Assembly (NCBI GenBank): GCA_965153455.1 | Contig: OZ234494.1 | Location: 12,524,001-12,588,000 of the forward strand | Length of the DNA: 64,000 nucleotides | Direction of reading: 5' to 3' | Source: Sphagnum compactum | Taxonomy: Eukaryota | Shown: in pieces, positions 26,201-40,140 of the stretch | Numbering within the stretch: the first letter of the stretch is position 1 | Layout: every line of letters starts with the position of its first letter | The notes under the pieces: model-generated | Database searches by the model: none | What the model saw: only the letters and a program-made list of their open reading frames with translations | What the model was told of the DNA's origin: nothing | Program-made: the position numbers and the translations under genes

Positions 26201-29200
26201 TAATATGAGAGAGAGTGAGAGTTGAAAAGGGATGCATATCAGATGGCATACCTGGCTCATAGAGAAGTCCAAGGCAGAAGGCTCGCCCGAGAGAACATCA
26301 TTGGTCAACACAAATATCTTCTCAACATGTGTCTGAATCCTCTTCTTGATAGTTCCATTGGGGGCAGTCACATGGAATCTCATTCTGCTACTAGTCTCAC
26401 TGTTGATACTGTTTAGTCTTTTCTTTTCATCCCTTCGTAGCTTGATTGCTGCCACAAGAAACAAGTGCATGGTTGTCAACTCTGAAAAAGCCACATGATG
26501 TCAACAGCTAGCTTCTAGAAGAGTTTGAGAGATGAATTGGTTGTACATGAGAGTTCCTTGGCATTGGCCAACACATAAAGAAGGTTTTCCAGTGTGCTCC
26601 TATCAGGAGCATTGGTGATTGCTTTCATGGTCTCAAAGTGCAGATAGTACTTTGCCATTATCTTTCCTGGTTCTGGACACAACAACCAAAGCCATGCAAG
26701 TCAGAGAGCAGTTGTTCAAACTGTTAAGCAGGAATGTATTCCAATGTGCAGAGGCACAAAAGCCTGGTTAGCTACTATAGCAGCTGCTTATCAAGTACCT
26801 CTTTGTGCAATGGAACAATACAAGGATGTTGTATTCTCCACAGCCTTTCAAGTCTAGTTCACTTTTTGATATCTGCAGTTGCATCTATGCTGCAGATATA
26901 CATTGACAGGACTACACATACAGCATATCATTGCAGAAACGTGCATCAATTACTCTGTGTACACAGTTCAACTTCATTTATCAGATACCAATAAAGTAAG
27001 ACCCTCACCAAGTGGCATGAGAGTGAAGCCAAATTCATCTGGTTGGAGCATTCCATAGTTGGCCAGTTCATTGACATTCTGCAGGCAGATCTCTGTATGG
27101 AACAGCGACACATAAATGTCAAATTTCAGAGAAAGTACATCTAACATGACAAGAATTGAGTGTAAGAACCCTGCCTTTCATCTTGTTCTCCAGACTTTCA
27201 TTTGACACGGCTGCTTGGATGTGGTAGTGTTGTGGGTTCTGCAGCCAACATGAATGTCATGCTGCATGTCAAACAGGAATCACTGTGCCATGGAGAGATG
27301 CAATAGATGAAGACTATGTACAGCAGGTTATAAGAGTCACCTTCTTGATCCTCACATACAGGAAGGAGCATTTAAGCCAATCTATGGCCAGACCAACGTC
27401 TGAAACTGTCAAGAGAACCACCTCTGCATTCAAGTGCTCCACAATTGATGGAAGAAGCCTGAACAAATTTCTCCAACCTGTGTGAGTTAGTCTTGAGGTC
27501 ATTATAACACTAGTATAGTCAAACACTTACAAGAATTTGATTAGGTACTTTGTTCAGCATTTACTCACTCTGACTCCACTGGTTCTGAGCCAGATAGGAG
27601 GTTTTGGTATAAGTGTACCTGCAATAAGAATACACTTTGAACTGTCCTGTTAAGTATTTGTCTTTCTGCATGAAGTAATACAGAATAATGTCAATTACAA
27701 AAATCTCTGCAAGGCCCACAACTGGCAACTGGCAACCTCTTTTCTTGATTGACCTAGAGAGCTAAAATCAGAGCTAGATTGGTTCTTTGGTGTGCATGCA
27801 GTACTTGCTCAAGCACAGTGCTCATGAAACATCTACAGAAGAAACTGCACTGCACTCACCGTTTCTCTCCTTGTCATAATGATGACCACTCCACTGTCAT
27901 CAAATTGTGGTCTACCTGCTCGTCCACTCATCTGGCAAGCGCAGCAAACCGGTTCGCCTGCCTCAGGCTGGTGCAAGATTGGTGCACATGACTGAAGCAA
28001 TGCATATACTTTTCTGATACTAAGTCAACTGATTTATGGACTGCTTCAAGCTCTTGACTTGAAATATTGATGCCTTCATATACTGGGTGCAGAATTTGTA
28101 TGCTTATACATTGGCAGAGGTAGGAATTGAATTCACCTGCAAGATTGTTGACCTTTCATACTCTGTGTATGAGCCCTTCTCTTTGTTACTGTGCGAGCAT
28201 GGAAGTTCAGTAATTTGATCATGAATAAGGAGGATAACCAACATCTAATAGCACTTCACCCAAGCTCTCTGGACACTTTGCAGTAGTAACAGCTTTGATC
28301 TAACCAATGGGGATACAGTGGAGATATCTTCAGTCATCAATCTGAAGGATCAGAAACTCTACTATTTAAACTGTAGCAGCTAGGCTATAGACCTCTGTAC
28401 TTGGTTCCTTGTGTGTAACAACTGTTAACATGCATCACAATTTGCAGGATGAAACAAATACCAACAGACCCCTGTACCAATGTCACCAGCCCATAACTCA
28501 TAGGAGAAACTCACTAGTATTGAGTTGACTTGATGATCACTGAATGAGCTGGCAAATTAACACCATGAGCAAGTGTGTTGGTTGTGCACAGTACTTGCAG
28601 ATCACCCTTCAGGAACAACCCTTCCACAAGGTTCCGATCGCTTAATGCAAGTCCACCATTGTGGAATGCAACTGCACAAAGGAACTGTATATTGTGAATT
28701 GCTCTCAGCTGTGGAAGGGCTCCTCCATGAGTAGCTACTTTGCAGAATGAATAGCCTTATGAGCAAAGTGCTGGGTGGACTACATGTACCTCCACAGTTG
28801 ATGCACTGCTGCAATTGCCTCTCATTAGTCAAATTGGCAGCATCTTGGAGTCGTTGGTATTGCTCCTGACTTTTAATGAAGGGGTTCTTTGTGCCAAGCT
28901 TTAAAGCAGTTTCAGCTAGGGTTACTGCAGCTTCCTGTGCTCCTCTTCTTGTTGAGCAGAAGACAAGTGATGGCCTTCCTTGCCAATGATGCATCAGGAC
29001 ATCTGAATAGAGGTATACAAGTTTTCAAGTTCACATTTGTAATAATACCCTTGCAGATGCTACAAGTTCAAACCCTCAAAAAGAGATACTGGAATGATCA
29101 ATCATGTGTGTTCCATGTGCAGATGACAAACTTTCAAAGGTGCCATTCTGTGTCTTACCATAAAGAAAGTTCTGAAGCCTCTGATGGGATGAACCATGTG

Positions 29201-32020
29201 ATCCAACAGAAAATTCACATGTCAGATTACAAAGTTCAAGATCTATGCAGCATCTACATCTATATTAGACTACACCTCAAGAATTAAGTTGCCCCTCTTA
29301 ATCACTGATGCTACGATTAAGTATGGCTTTACACAGGAATCTTTCATGCCACTTGAGCAAACCATACATAAGAAATGCAAACCTTGAGGTTCCAAGGTTC
29401 TGCGATGCTGACATCAATTCAGGTTGAACACAAGAGTAAAAAGAGTATATATTCAGAAATGGCCTAAAGTACAATCTTTAAATGTTTGTCAGCATCTATG
29501 TATGGTGAAAGTTTACACCTGCCAAGTTCAAGTTTGCAATGCAGGAACCAAAACAGGAAAACCTCAAGAAGTACAGGGCACTCATTGACTTTATTTCTAG
29601 CATTGTTGCACATACAGGTTTGGATGGGTTGAGGAGACCTACATACCCGCTCAAACAGAAAGTCGTTTTTGGCTGGAGCATATCCTGCAAGCAACCAAAT
29701 TACGTCATTCATTCCTGGTTGTCGTAAAGGGCACACTATGCCCAGGAAACACAAACCCCCATATTAGCTCTGGTGGAGTATCAAAATTCTGTCATGATTT
29801 TTGTGATAGTTCCTCTGGCAATGAGACTTACTATCACAGCCTGCATGCATTCTTGTTATCAACAAATTAATAAACAGAAGGCTAAAAGATGGGAACTCTG
29901 AGTTTTCTTTACCAGAAGGGAAATTGCTGCTGCCTCTGCAACGTTTTTTGTCCCCCCACCTCAAAGCCACACTAGGTAGTGTATGGTTTTAGGGTTTAGG
30001 GTTTAGACACTACTTGTGTCTCCTACTGAATGGATGTCTTGAAGCATAAATCATAAATGGCGGATACGTACCATAAACTCTTGTGGTGAGTTTCACAGGT
30101 CGAGTCTCTTCTCCAAATCTGGTGCAACAGGAAGGGTCACAAAGACCCACGAATTTGAACTTGGGCTGAGCCACAAAAGTGAAGTAACTAACACCTCAGC
30201 GTTCAACGAAGGCCTTCCTGACCGGTCTAGAAGGAAGAAAGCTCATGCAATTGATCAAGCTTTAAGGGATCAGGGAATCAATTCTAACCTTTTCATCCCA
30301 CTCGCAGAAACTTTGAGCCATTCCGCTGCATTACGAGATACCCAAAGGATGCTTTAGTGCTATTCCCAACCTTCTATAAGTCTTCATCTCATTGCAACTC
30401 AATTTGAAACTTATTAGCTATCAAGTTTTTAGTTGATAGAAACTTACCGATGTCTTCAATGTTGGGTACCGTGGCAGAGACAGCAATAAAACGGATTTTG
30501 GCAATGGGACACTCTTTCAGCTCGGGGAAGCGTGCCAGCATCTTCATTCGGCTTATAACGGCCTCCAACGACGCACCCCGGGGTTCGCTCAGAAGGTGAA
30601 CTTCGTCGATCAAGAGCAGAGAAATGTCGGCAAAGAAACTTAGTCCGCCGTGATCACGATGACGCCGGGTGACGAAGTCGAATTTCTGCATCATCGAATC
30701 AATCATGCCAACTTCTTAGCTTGAAAAGAAGAAGGGACACGATCGATCTGGTTGAACAACAGGGAGGAGGACAAACTATAATTGTTAAGAAGACACTTGA
30801 GTACTACTCTTGTCCTTCGCTTGTAGTCGAGAGAAACGAAGAAACCAGCAAAACCTTGCACGCTAATCATTTGTTTTATATATGCCCGGGTGTGTGTTGT
30901 GTGTACCTACCTCGGGAGTAGTCAGTATGATATCCGCGTCGTGGAGTTCGTGAACGTTAGAGACGTTGGTGTCTCCCGTCAGCTCCTGGCACTTCAATCC
31001 TAGAAAACTGAACCTCAGGCTCCAGTCTCGAAGTTTATCTTGAACAAGAGCCTTCGTTGGTGCAATGTAGACCTGAAAATTGCCGCAAAAAGGACGAATT
31101 GTTCTATGAAAACGATGCCAAAATCGCCTGAATATGTGCGAAGCTAAAATGCGCTTGGAACTAAAAGAGCACTCTTTCGCACTCTTTCCGACTGTTACAT
31201 ATTTTGCAAGTTCTTTCCACACATGTATGTGCAAAATGGGTACCCTTGGTTTCTTGGTTGCCGAACGAATAGGGACTTATGAGTCATAGCTAGCGATAGC
31301 AGCAGCCTTCTACCTACCTTCTGGCATGATTGCAAAGGAGAATTTTTTTGGATACGCTGCTAGGCTGCTACAGGAATGAAGACATCAGACTTACAGTTTT
31401 GAGACCGCCAGGAACACGGTTGAAATCACCTTCAGGAGTCAAGAAACTGGTGAGAAGCCGTAGGATGCACAACTCGAAGAGAATTGTTTTCCCGCTTCCT
31501 GTAGGCGCAGAGATCACTATGTTCTGGTCTGACAAGAAAGTCTCCGCGAAGCTTGCGCTCTGAACGGCATTGAAGTATCTGGAAGAACAAAAAAACGCCA
31601 ATGATCACCAGGACTTCAGTCATTGTTCACAATATCAACAGAATCTAACACAAGTATATAGTCCTGATCCTTTTGCAGTCTAGCTGCTGCGCCTCTTATT
31701 ATATCGTCAAGGACACCGGCTCTTGGACATGTATCAGCCACAGGACTCATCACATAGACTTCTTCTACTAACACTTGTGTGACGACTGGATCCTCATGAT
31801 GCATGTCTTTTCATGACGATCTGCGGATCCTTCCTGTAAGACTGGAGCTCTCACGGACGTCCAAGAATCTATCAATTACTTCGGGATTTTATTCAGTAAT
31901 ATTCATGCTTGCGAGAACAAAAGTTTGTTTTCCAAACCTGAAAGGAAAGAGACGCTGAAATGCGGACGGCAAGACCGATACGGACTTCAAAGAGTCTGGA
32001 TCGAGATGGTCAGGATCCAT
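23249..32020 (-). CDS. MER3: DExH-box meiotic DNA helicase MER3/ROCK-N-ROLLERS (HFM1-like), multi-exon. 3' end unresolved and probably extends to ~22600 or beyond
   Basis: Exon 1 [28 protein letters not shown] (ATG at 32020), then YFNAVQS...[98 protein letters not shown] and a Sec63-like region ([31 protein letters not shown]). Confidence 0.93.
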
Positions 32021-32519
32021 TGCTGCCGGCACCTAAAAAACGAAAGCACTCTGATCAATGATGATGACTTAGTCTACGCAATGAGACAGGTTCTACAGCA
32101 ATGTATTTGTTGCAAGACCAATATTATTGTGATCGAGAACAATCGATCAATCACGCAAAATACATAAGAAGCTTGGAATCACATGCAGCGCACGCCAGAG
32201 AGAACGACAAAATATATCAGAAATGCATTGCAAAGAGATACACTAGGTACCTTCAGAGATGCTTGATCGACAGTGACAAATTCATATGATTGAATGCAAC
32301 GCAGACATGATCCGTGGGAGGGAGAATCCGGAACTCCTCCTCCTGACTTCTTGCCCAGTTCGCAGAGGTAGTAGGATTGACGAATAATTTGCTTCAGAAA
32401 CGGCCTAGTCACGGGATTGATCAGATCACAAGCTCGGATCTGCTGCAGTCCTGTCTGTGGAACCTTATCATAGCCAAGAACTTTCTCGTTCATAGAGAAA
32501 AAAGATGCAATCAGAGTTG

Positions 32520-33860
32520 TGGACTGAGAATCATGAGAAACTTCTCAAATCCTTGCAGCTGAATCCGATGCAAATAAGTGCGCACTCATTTTTAGAACTG
32601 GACTCGGAAATCACGAGAAACTTCTCATATCCTTGCAGCGAAGTACACTGATTGCACGCAATTACAGAACTGGACTAAAGATCAGCAGCAGAACTGAACT
32701 CCAAATCAGGCAAGTTGCCGCAAAGTGTACTGATTGCATACATTTTCAGAACAACCGAACCCAAAAATCATGAGAAGTGTCTAAAATCTTTGCTACAAAG
32801 TAGTACTGATTGCATGCATTTTCAGTACTGGACTCAAAAAATCATGAGAAACTTCTCAAATCGTTGCAGCAAAGTACTGATCGCAATCAGTTTCAGAACT
32901 GGACTCAAAGAAATCATGAAAATTTTCTCAAATCGATGCAGCAAAATACTGATTGCACGCATTTTTAGAACTGGACTCAAAAACTCATGACAAACTCTTC
33001 AAATCTTCACAGCAACATATTACTGATTGCAGGTATTTTCAGAACTGGACACAAAAATAATGAGAAACTTCTCAAATCTTTGCAGCAAGGTACGGAAATG
33101 CACGCCTTTTCAGAAATGGACTCAAAATTCATGACAAACTTCTCAAATGTTCGCAGCGAATTACTGATTGCGAGCATTTTCAGAACTGAACTAAAAATTC
33201 AATAGAAACTTCTCAGATCGTTGCAGGAAAGAACCGATTGCAAGCATTTTCAGAACTGGACTCAAAAAATCATGAGAAACTTCTCAAATCGTTGCAGCAA
33301 AGAACTGATTGTCAGAACTGGACTACATAAATCATGAGAAACTTCTCAAATCGTTGCAGCAAGGAACTGATTGTCAGAACTGGACTACATAAATCATGAG
33401 AAACTTCTCAAATCGTTGCAGCAAAGAACTGATTGTCAGAACTGGACTACATAAATCATGAGGAACTTCTCAAATCTTTGCATCAAAGTACTGATGGCAA
33501 GCAAAATTTTCAGAACTGGACTCAAAAAAGTCATGAGAATTTTGTCAAATCAATGCATCAAAGTACTGATGACAAGCAAAATTTTCGGAACTGAACTCAA
33601 AGAAATCATGAGAAATTTCTCAAATCGTTGCATTAAAGTAACAGATGGCAAGCAAAGTTTTCAGAACTGGACTCAAAAAAATCATGAGAAATCCTCAAAT
33701 CGTTGCATCAAAGTACTGATTGGAAGCATTTCAGAGCTGGAGTCAAAAAATCATGAGAAGCTTCGGAAGTCATTGCAGCAAAGTAGTGATTGCAGGCATT
33801 TTCAGAACTGAACTCAAAAAAGTTCACGAGAAACGTACCTCCTCAAATCTTTTGCAGCTC
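32520..33860. repeat. Tandem array of ~70-72-bp units with a 62-bp variant (roughly 18-19 copies)
   Basis: Unit aaatcatgagaaacttctcaaatcgttgcagcaaagtactgattgcaagcattttcagaactggactcaa is repeated throughout. Near-identical 62-bp copies lie at ~33267-33452. Confidence 0.95.
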
Positions 33861-34117
33861 CAAAAAATCTTGTATTGAAAGTGAGACGGTAGACTAGTAA
33901 TCTTCAGCTCCAAAAATTGTCGAATTTGAATTGAGCAGATTTTGCATTGAAAAAGAAACAACAAAAAAAAAAAACCTTACCTGAATGGAATTGTGCAAGC
34001 GTCCTTCAAGCTTTTGAAAAAAAGAAAAAAAGAAAAAGAAAAAGAAAAACAGGATCGGTTAATGCTGTGTTATAGCCTGATTGGGATTTAACCTTGGGTT
34101 AACGTTAAACCAACCCG

Positions 34118-34412
34118 CAGTGTTTTCGTGAGGAATTTTGGTTTGTAGCCAAAGTGGCGATAATCCATAGGAAGATGTAGCAAACATGGCGATCAGCCCT
34201 AAGAAGATTTAGCCAAATCTGGCTATAAACCATATTTAAGTATAAGTCTCTAATTGTCCTTCTATATTTTGGGCTACACACTGAAAACCAAATAGAGAAA
34301 TCTGGCGATTTTAACTTCATTGTTTTTCTCACTTTTGGCAATTTAAAACCTCCAAAATTTTAAATTTTGAATATATGTTTTGGCGAAATTTCGCCAATAA
34401 AAAAGAGCCTGC
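34118..34412. mobile_element. Probable MITE-like dispersed repeat
   Basis: Starts cagtgttt and contains repeated tagccaaa/tttggc(t/g)a motifs. Similar motifs occur at ~13395-13440. Confidence 0.4.
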
Positions 34413-36989
34413 CAAGTTGCCAACCAGTGACAGGGTTAAATTATAAAATGGGGATATGTCCATTTGTTGATCAATGGTCATTTTTAAAAAAAAAGTTAGA
34501 TTTCCATATTTTAGAAAATAAATTTATAAGAATTGGATGCATGGCCGCTCAATGGTTGATGAATGGGTCATATTTAATAATAAAATGAAAATCAGACGCC
34601 TAATATTTGTTTGATCAACAGTAAAATTTTATAATAAAAATTGTAATTTGAGTATGACCAAAACAATTTTTGAGATGATGTTCATCTTTGTGGACTATAT
34701 TTCCAAAAAAGTAATGAACAATGATTTGCATTTCCTTTTATTTTTTTGTGAGTGGTGATTCTTGGGTGTTTTGTTTTTCTTTTGTGAACAATTGATTTTT
34801 GGTTGATTATGTTTTTTTTGCATGATTTTTGTTCCTAGTGTTTTTAAAAAAAAATTTAATTTGATAGTACTAAAGTAGACATAATTTGTGTATTGTAAAG
34901 GCTGGATCAAATGAAAACTACTTGCAAAACAAATAAGGAGTGTTTGTAGAAAAGATGAAAAGCACTTGTGGAAAAGTTGAATTATTCATAGAGTAGATGA
35001 AGAATTTGAATATGATTTGTTTATCAATTTTTTGTCAACAAAAATGAACAATTTGTTGGCAAATGAAGAATCAAACACAACTTATGCATGTGTTAATTTT
35101 GTGTAGACAAGTTTGTCAATTCTTTTGTATGATTTTTGTATCTAGTGTTCTTTTTTGTTTTTTCAATTTGATGAAACTGAAGTAAATGGAATGTGTGTGT
35201 GGGAGAGATTGGATCAAACAAGGAACATGAACATGATTTGCATGTGTTGAATTTTTGTAGATGACGAATGCAAACGTGATATGTAAATGTTGATATTTCA
35301 CGAACAAGAAATAATAATATGTGTGTGTTGGAATTTTTGTGAGATTTTTATTTATGTTTTTTCAATTTGACAAAACCAAAATAAATGAAAACATGAACAC
35401 AACTTCTAAGGACATGTTTTTGAATGTACACTTTTTTTTCCCCATGTTTTCACATTTAGTTTTGACATTAGTCCTTTATATGGGTGACTTGAAGGATAGT
35501 TCAAAATTCAAGATGAAAAGATAAATGCAAGTTCAAATAGGTTGTGACGATATTAAGTGTTACACTTTTTTATAACATGTCCAACATGCATCCATTGTCC
35601 ATTACTTTAGGGTTGCATTTGTGATGGGTCCTAGATGAACACCCAAATAACACAAGTTACTTGTCTGTGTAATTGAGTTGGAAAAATAAGTTTGGCAATG
35701 GAAATCATTAAGAAAAATGCACATGTTAATGAACCTATCTTAGGTAAATAATAAGTGAGCTTGTCATTAACTTTCTCCTAAAATGTTTTTAAAAATCTTC
35801 TCACAAAACGCTTGAATAAAAACAAAAAAATCATTATTTACACAATAATAGGACATAATAACTTACTTAGAAACCATTTTTTCATAGTCCAAAGAAAATT
35901 GGCAACCCCATTTACTAATGAACTAATGTAGCTTGTGCCATTGGCCCTAATGTGAACACATTGAGGGCTCAACTGATTTTTCTTTCCAAACTCAATTTTT
36001 GTAATTTTTTTGAATTTCAGCAACAAAATCCACTCAAAAATCAATATCTTCCACACCTTAGCTTTGAAAATTATGAAATAAACTCTATTAAATCTGACTC
36101 ACTGAGGGCTTGCCAACAACATCAAGAATGCCCCCAAATTCCAATATATTTTTCAGTTTTAATTTTATTTAATATTCATTTTAAAAATGATTCAATAATC
36201 AATAGCTTCCACACCATAGTTCCAAATAGTCTCAAACTAGTTGATGCATCACTATTCATTGAGAGCTTTTGAAGATACCAAGAGCCCAACATGAAGCACC
36301 GTGGTTTGGGAGATCTTAGTGTGACAAACAAAATTTGAAACAAACATTTTTGACTTCTTATTACACTGGTGAAAGGAGGACAACATTTGCCAAAGCATAT
36401 GGGATAAAAATCGAGGTGTTATGGAAAACACAATGGGAACTTAAAGAACATATTAAAAACTTGATGGGAACCCATTGGGATCTTAAAGGGAACATATTAA
36501 GAACCAAGGAAAAATGAAAAAAAATCCCTTCCCAAAAAGGTTTGTCACTATTTTTGGCATGGGTTAACTACCTATTGCAAAGAACACCCTACAATTTGAG
36601 GTTGAGCACAACATTTGTGAACTTGGAAAAGGTGGAGAGAAGAAAGTGACATGTGGTAAACGTGACCACATCCCTGCTCATACCATCACATTCCATGTGT
36701 TTTCCGTGTTGAGGTTCAACGTGTTTTATGCATCCCTTTAGCTTGGTTGGCCATTGATCCATTTGACATAGCAGCTTGCCATGCATTTTTGCTCTTCCAT
36801 TTTTAGTGCTTGTCATTTCCGCCATAGGGTGGTGAGAAAGGCGATTAAGAAACATGTGCCTGTTTGTGTCAATACATGGCAAGGGATTGGGAGACATTAC
36901 AAGAGGAGCACATAATTAGAGAATAGGCATCAACTTCCCAAAGATCTTCAAAGATGGCACCAGATCCTACTCCACCTCCATCAGCACGA

Positions 36990-39900
36990 TTGTGTCGCGC
37001 ATGGGCACTTGCTCACGTAAGGGAATATGCTTGAGTAGTGCGTGCATTGGCCCTTAGCACTCTTGCAACCCCATAAACTGAGACCATTGCAACCTTTTGC
37101 CATCTTCATCAATTGGTTGAGGTTGATATTCCCCCCTTTTGTCAATGATTTTCATCCAGAGACGAATTTTGTTTTAAATAGAAAAACATTTATTTTTGCT
37201 TCGACACATTCTCCACATCTTTCATTTGACATTCCCTCAAGTATGGTGTATGAACTTTTGCAAGATTGCTTTGTCCCTGATGACTACTAATTTGATATTT
37301 TTTTGGGTGAAAGCACAATTAAGTGGATATTTGGATTGTCATAGTTGTAATTTTTTTGGATTATAAATGAACTTAAAATGTAAAATCATATCAAACATTA
37401 AAATTTTCAATTTTTTCATTATCCATGTTGCAATAGACTTTATTGAAAATCTTATTAAAAAATATGGATGAGTTTTAAGAAAAGAATGGACTCAATGTGG
37501 ACTTTTGAAATTATGAGATTATGTTTGTCACACATAGAAAATGAAAATTGTGGATTCAAAAAAAATGTCGTAGTAATATCAAAATTTAAATTTGAAAATA
37601 GGCCATCATAATGAATAATTAAGATGCATTGAAATTTTTCCAATATAATTTTATTTCATATTTAAAAATTTAACTCGTCATGATTTTCATCATTTTTTAC
37701 AATTGGTATTCCATTTCACAATGAAATCTTTAAACTTTTATCTAAATTTCTTGATCAATCACATGTGTAGGGATATTTATAAGGTGATTTATTAATATTT
37801 GTGACCAAAACCATAATTAAAGGATAATTATAGGATTTATAGTTTGATAATTATTTTAAATGTAGGAATTGTAGCTAATGTAAGATGTGGACTTTTCAAA
37901 ATGTCAAATGTGAGTCACCTAACCATGTTTTTACCCTTTTTGAGATATGTGGGCAAATCATTCATGGTCATGTTCTTCCATCAGTATCATGCCTGTTTGT
38001 TGCATCATGATTATTGGCTTTAGAGAAACAAGCCAGAGGTGTTGGACCCATTGCGATTGGAAAGGTGATTTATTAGTTATTCGCTCGCACATTAGCTATT
38101 CAGTTCAAAAATAAATTTGCAAAACATTTTAATCCACATCAGTTTGGGGTGGCAATATCGGGCAAGTGTGAAACGAGGGTTCATGGGGTTAAAGTTATGT
38201 TGGATCTACATCCGGAGTGAGTGGTATTACAGGTGGATGTTTGAAACGCATTCAATTCAATATTTTGAAAAGCCATTTTTCAGGAATTACGGTATTTTAT
38301 CAGCACCTTGGATCGGCTTTTCCCATTTGTTCGTTGATTTTATCTCCACTATATTTATCGGAGGCTTTAATGTACAAGGATCTCATTGTCATTTCATTTG
38401 AGTTTGGTACATGACAAGGGGATCCTTTAGAAGGAATCTTCTTTGCACTAGCTCATTTTTGTGTTCTTCGTCCTATTGCAATAGCCCACCTTCCTTGTGT
38501 TTTTCCTTCATTGGTAGATGATACACACATACTTAGTCTTGCATCGGATGTGTTACTTGTTCTTTTACGATTACAGAAGGAATTCGGAGCATTAGGACTT
38601 TCAGTGCAGCTGATGAAGTGTGTAGTTTGGTCCCCATAGAGGTTAAACCAGTCTATATCACTTCTTTCAGGTTTTGTTACACTTGAGTCCAGTCTTCGTA
38701 TTCTAGGTGTTCTAGTGGGTTTTTTTGCCATTTTTGGAGTTTTTCATATTAGAGGCGTTCCAAGAAGACCTAAACACGATTGTTCACCTTCCTATGTTCA
38801 CAGATCCTCAAGTAGCTTTTGTGATGTTTTCACTTTGTTATGCCCAATGGCCAAACTACTTATAACGTATTGAATTCCCATATCACTAGGTATCTTGTAA
38901 CGTTATATTAAGTTTGATGCTCATACCATAACTATGATAATAAAACTATTAAGGTCAGGATCCTTTGGAACCATGGTGGGCCATTTGGTTTGTTGTCATG
39001 TCACTCTTCCTGCTTCTTCAGGGGCTAGGCCTTCCTTCAGCAGTTCAACATGCTGCCCTACCGTTTTGGGATGTTGGGCTTTGATCGTTCTTGCATTAAG
39101 CTCTCATTTCCAACAAGGTGCTCACTTTATTTTTCTTGATGTGGTGGCACATGTAGAAACTAATACTTATCCTTTCTAGGTCGCATTACGGGATACCCGT
39201 GTGTTGTTACCTAAGGTCGTTTGATCACATGTTTTGCCTTCCAAAAGTTTAGGAGTGCAATCCTATCCTCAAATGCAATCTTCTTTGATGGACCAACTAC
39301 ACAAACAAGAATTTACTTCATTTCTAGTAAATGTTTTTTTGGATGTCATGCGAGCATGTCTTTGTTCTTGTGTAGGTCCAACAATAGGGTTGGTTATTAG
39401 TTCATCTTAGCACCCCTTCATTCCGTTTATCCTTTGCCCATTTTCTTACAACATTCCATATTCATTTCGATGTACCACATCCTACAATTGTGCATCTTTC
39501 ATGATGCCAGTGTGGTCATACCATCGATGATTTGGATATCCATTTGCTAAATTACCCGTGTGGGAGTGAACGCATTATAGCCCATGATACGTTTCGAAAT
39601 AATGTTGCAACTATCACATCGAATAGTGGAGCCCATGTACAAAGAAAGGTTTCTCACCTTTTCCCCCACCACACACGAAAACGAGTGGATATTGTCATCA
39701 CCAGAGATAATTTTTGAACCTTCGTGGACGTTGTCATTGTCGATTCGACTTGTCCAAATTTAGTGTAGCGTGTTTCGACGATAATAGCGCATGTAGCGAC
39801 AATTGCCATTCAAAACAAAACACAATTTTACACAGAACGAATGTTAAAAAATGATTTCATTCCCCTTGCCATAAAGACCTACAGTTGTTTCCATATTTGT

Positions 39901-40140
39901 TTTGATTCCTTTCTGACTTCTTGTGTACATGCCTGTATAGCTTGCCATTAGTAGACCTCCTTGGTACCTTCAATGCTTATATGTCATTATAAGCAACGAG
40001 TGTTGATAGCCTTACAACATGCGCAAACCATCATGATTCTTTAGTTGGCTATCAGATTTAGTCCCATTTCTTCGTTTCTTCCACACATACTGGCTAATGC
40101 ACCTCCATCACTAATTGATTTGTGGCATAGAATGCCCTTT
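36990..40140 (+). mobile_element. Degenerate non-LTR retrotransposon, CRE-like (RT + CCHC zinc finger + restriction-like endonuclease)
   Basis: Reading through stops gives LLALEKQARGVGPIAIG, FNPHQFGVA..GKCET.VHG, LQVDV*NAFNS, GT*QGDPL..ILFALAH and FPSLVDDTHI (RT), then CQCGHTIDD..IHLL, AHDTFRN, RVDIVI...FVDVVIVD and FIPLAIKTY (RLE-type C-terminus). Confidence 0.8.

Noticed and set aside
29988-30006. Telomere-like tttagggtttagggtttag in a MER3 intron
   Set aside because: Fewer than 3 full units; common in plant genomes.
31616-31804. 62-aa ORF inside MER3 intron 1
   Set aside because: No recognisable homology, and the flanking exons join in frame without it.
32520-33860. CRISPR-like appearance of a regular repeat with palindromes
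   Set aside because: Units are contiguous and homologous along their whole length, with no unique spacers, no cas genes and a eukaryotic context.
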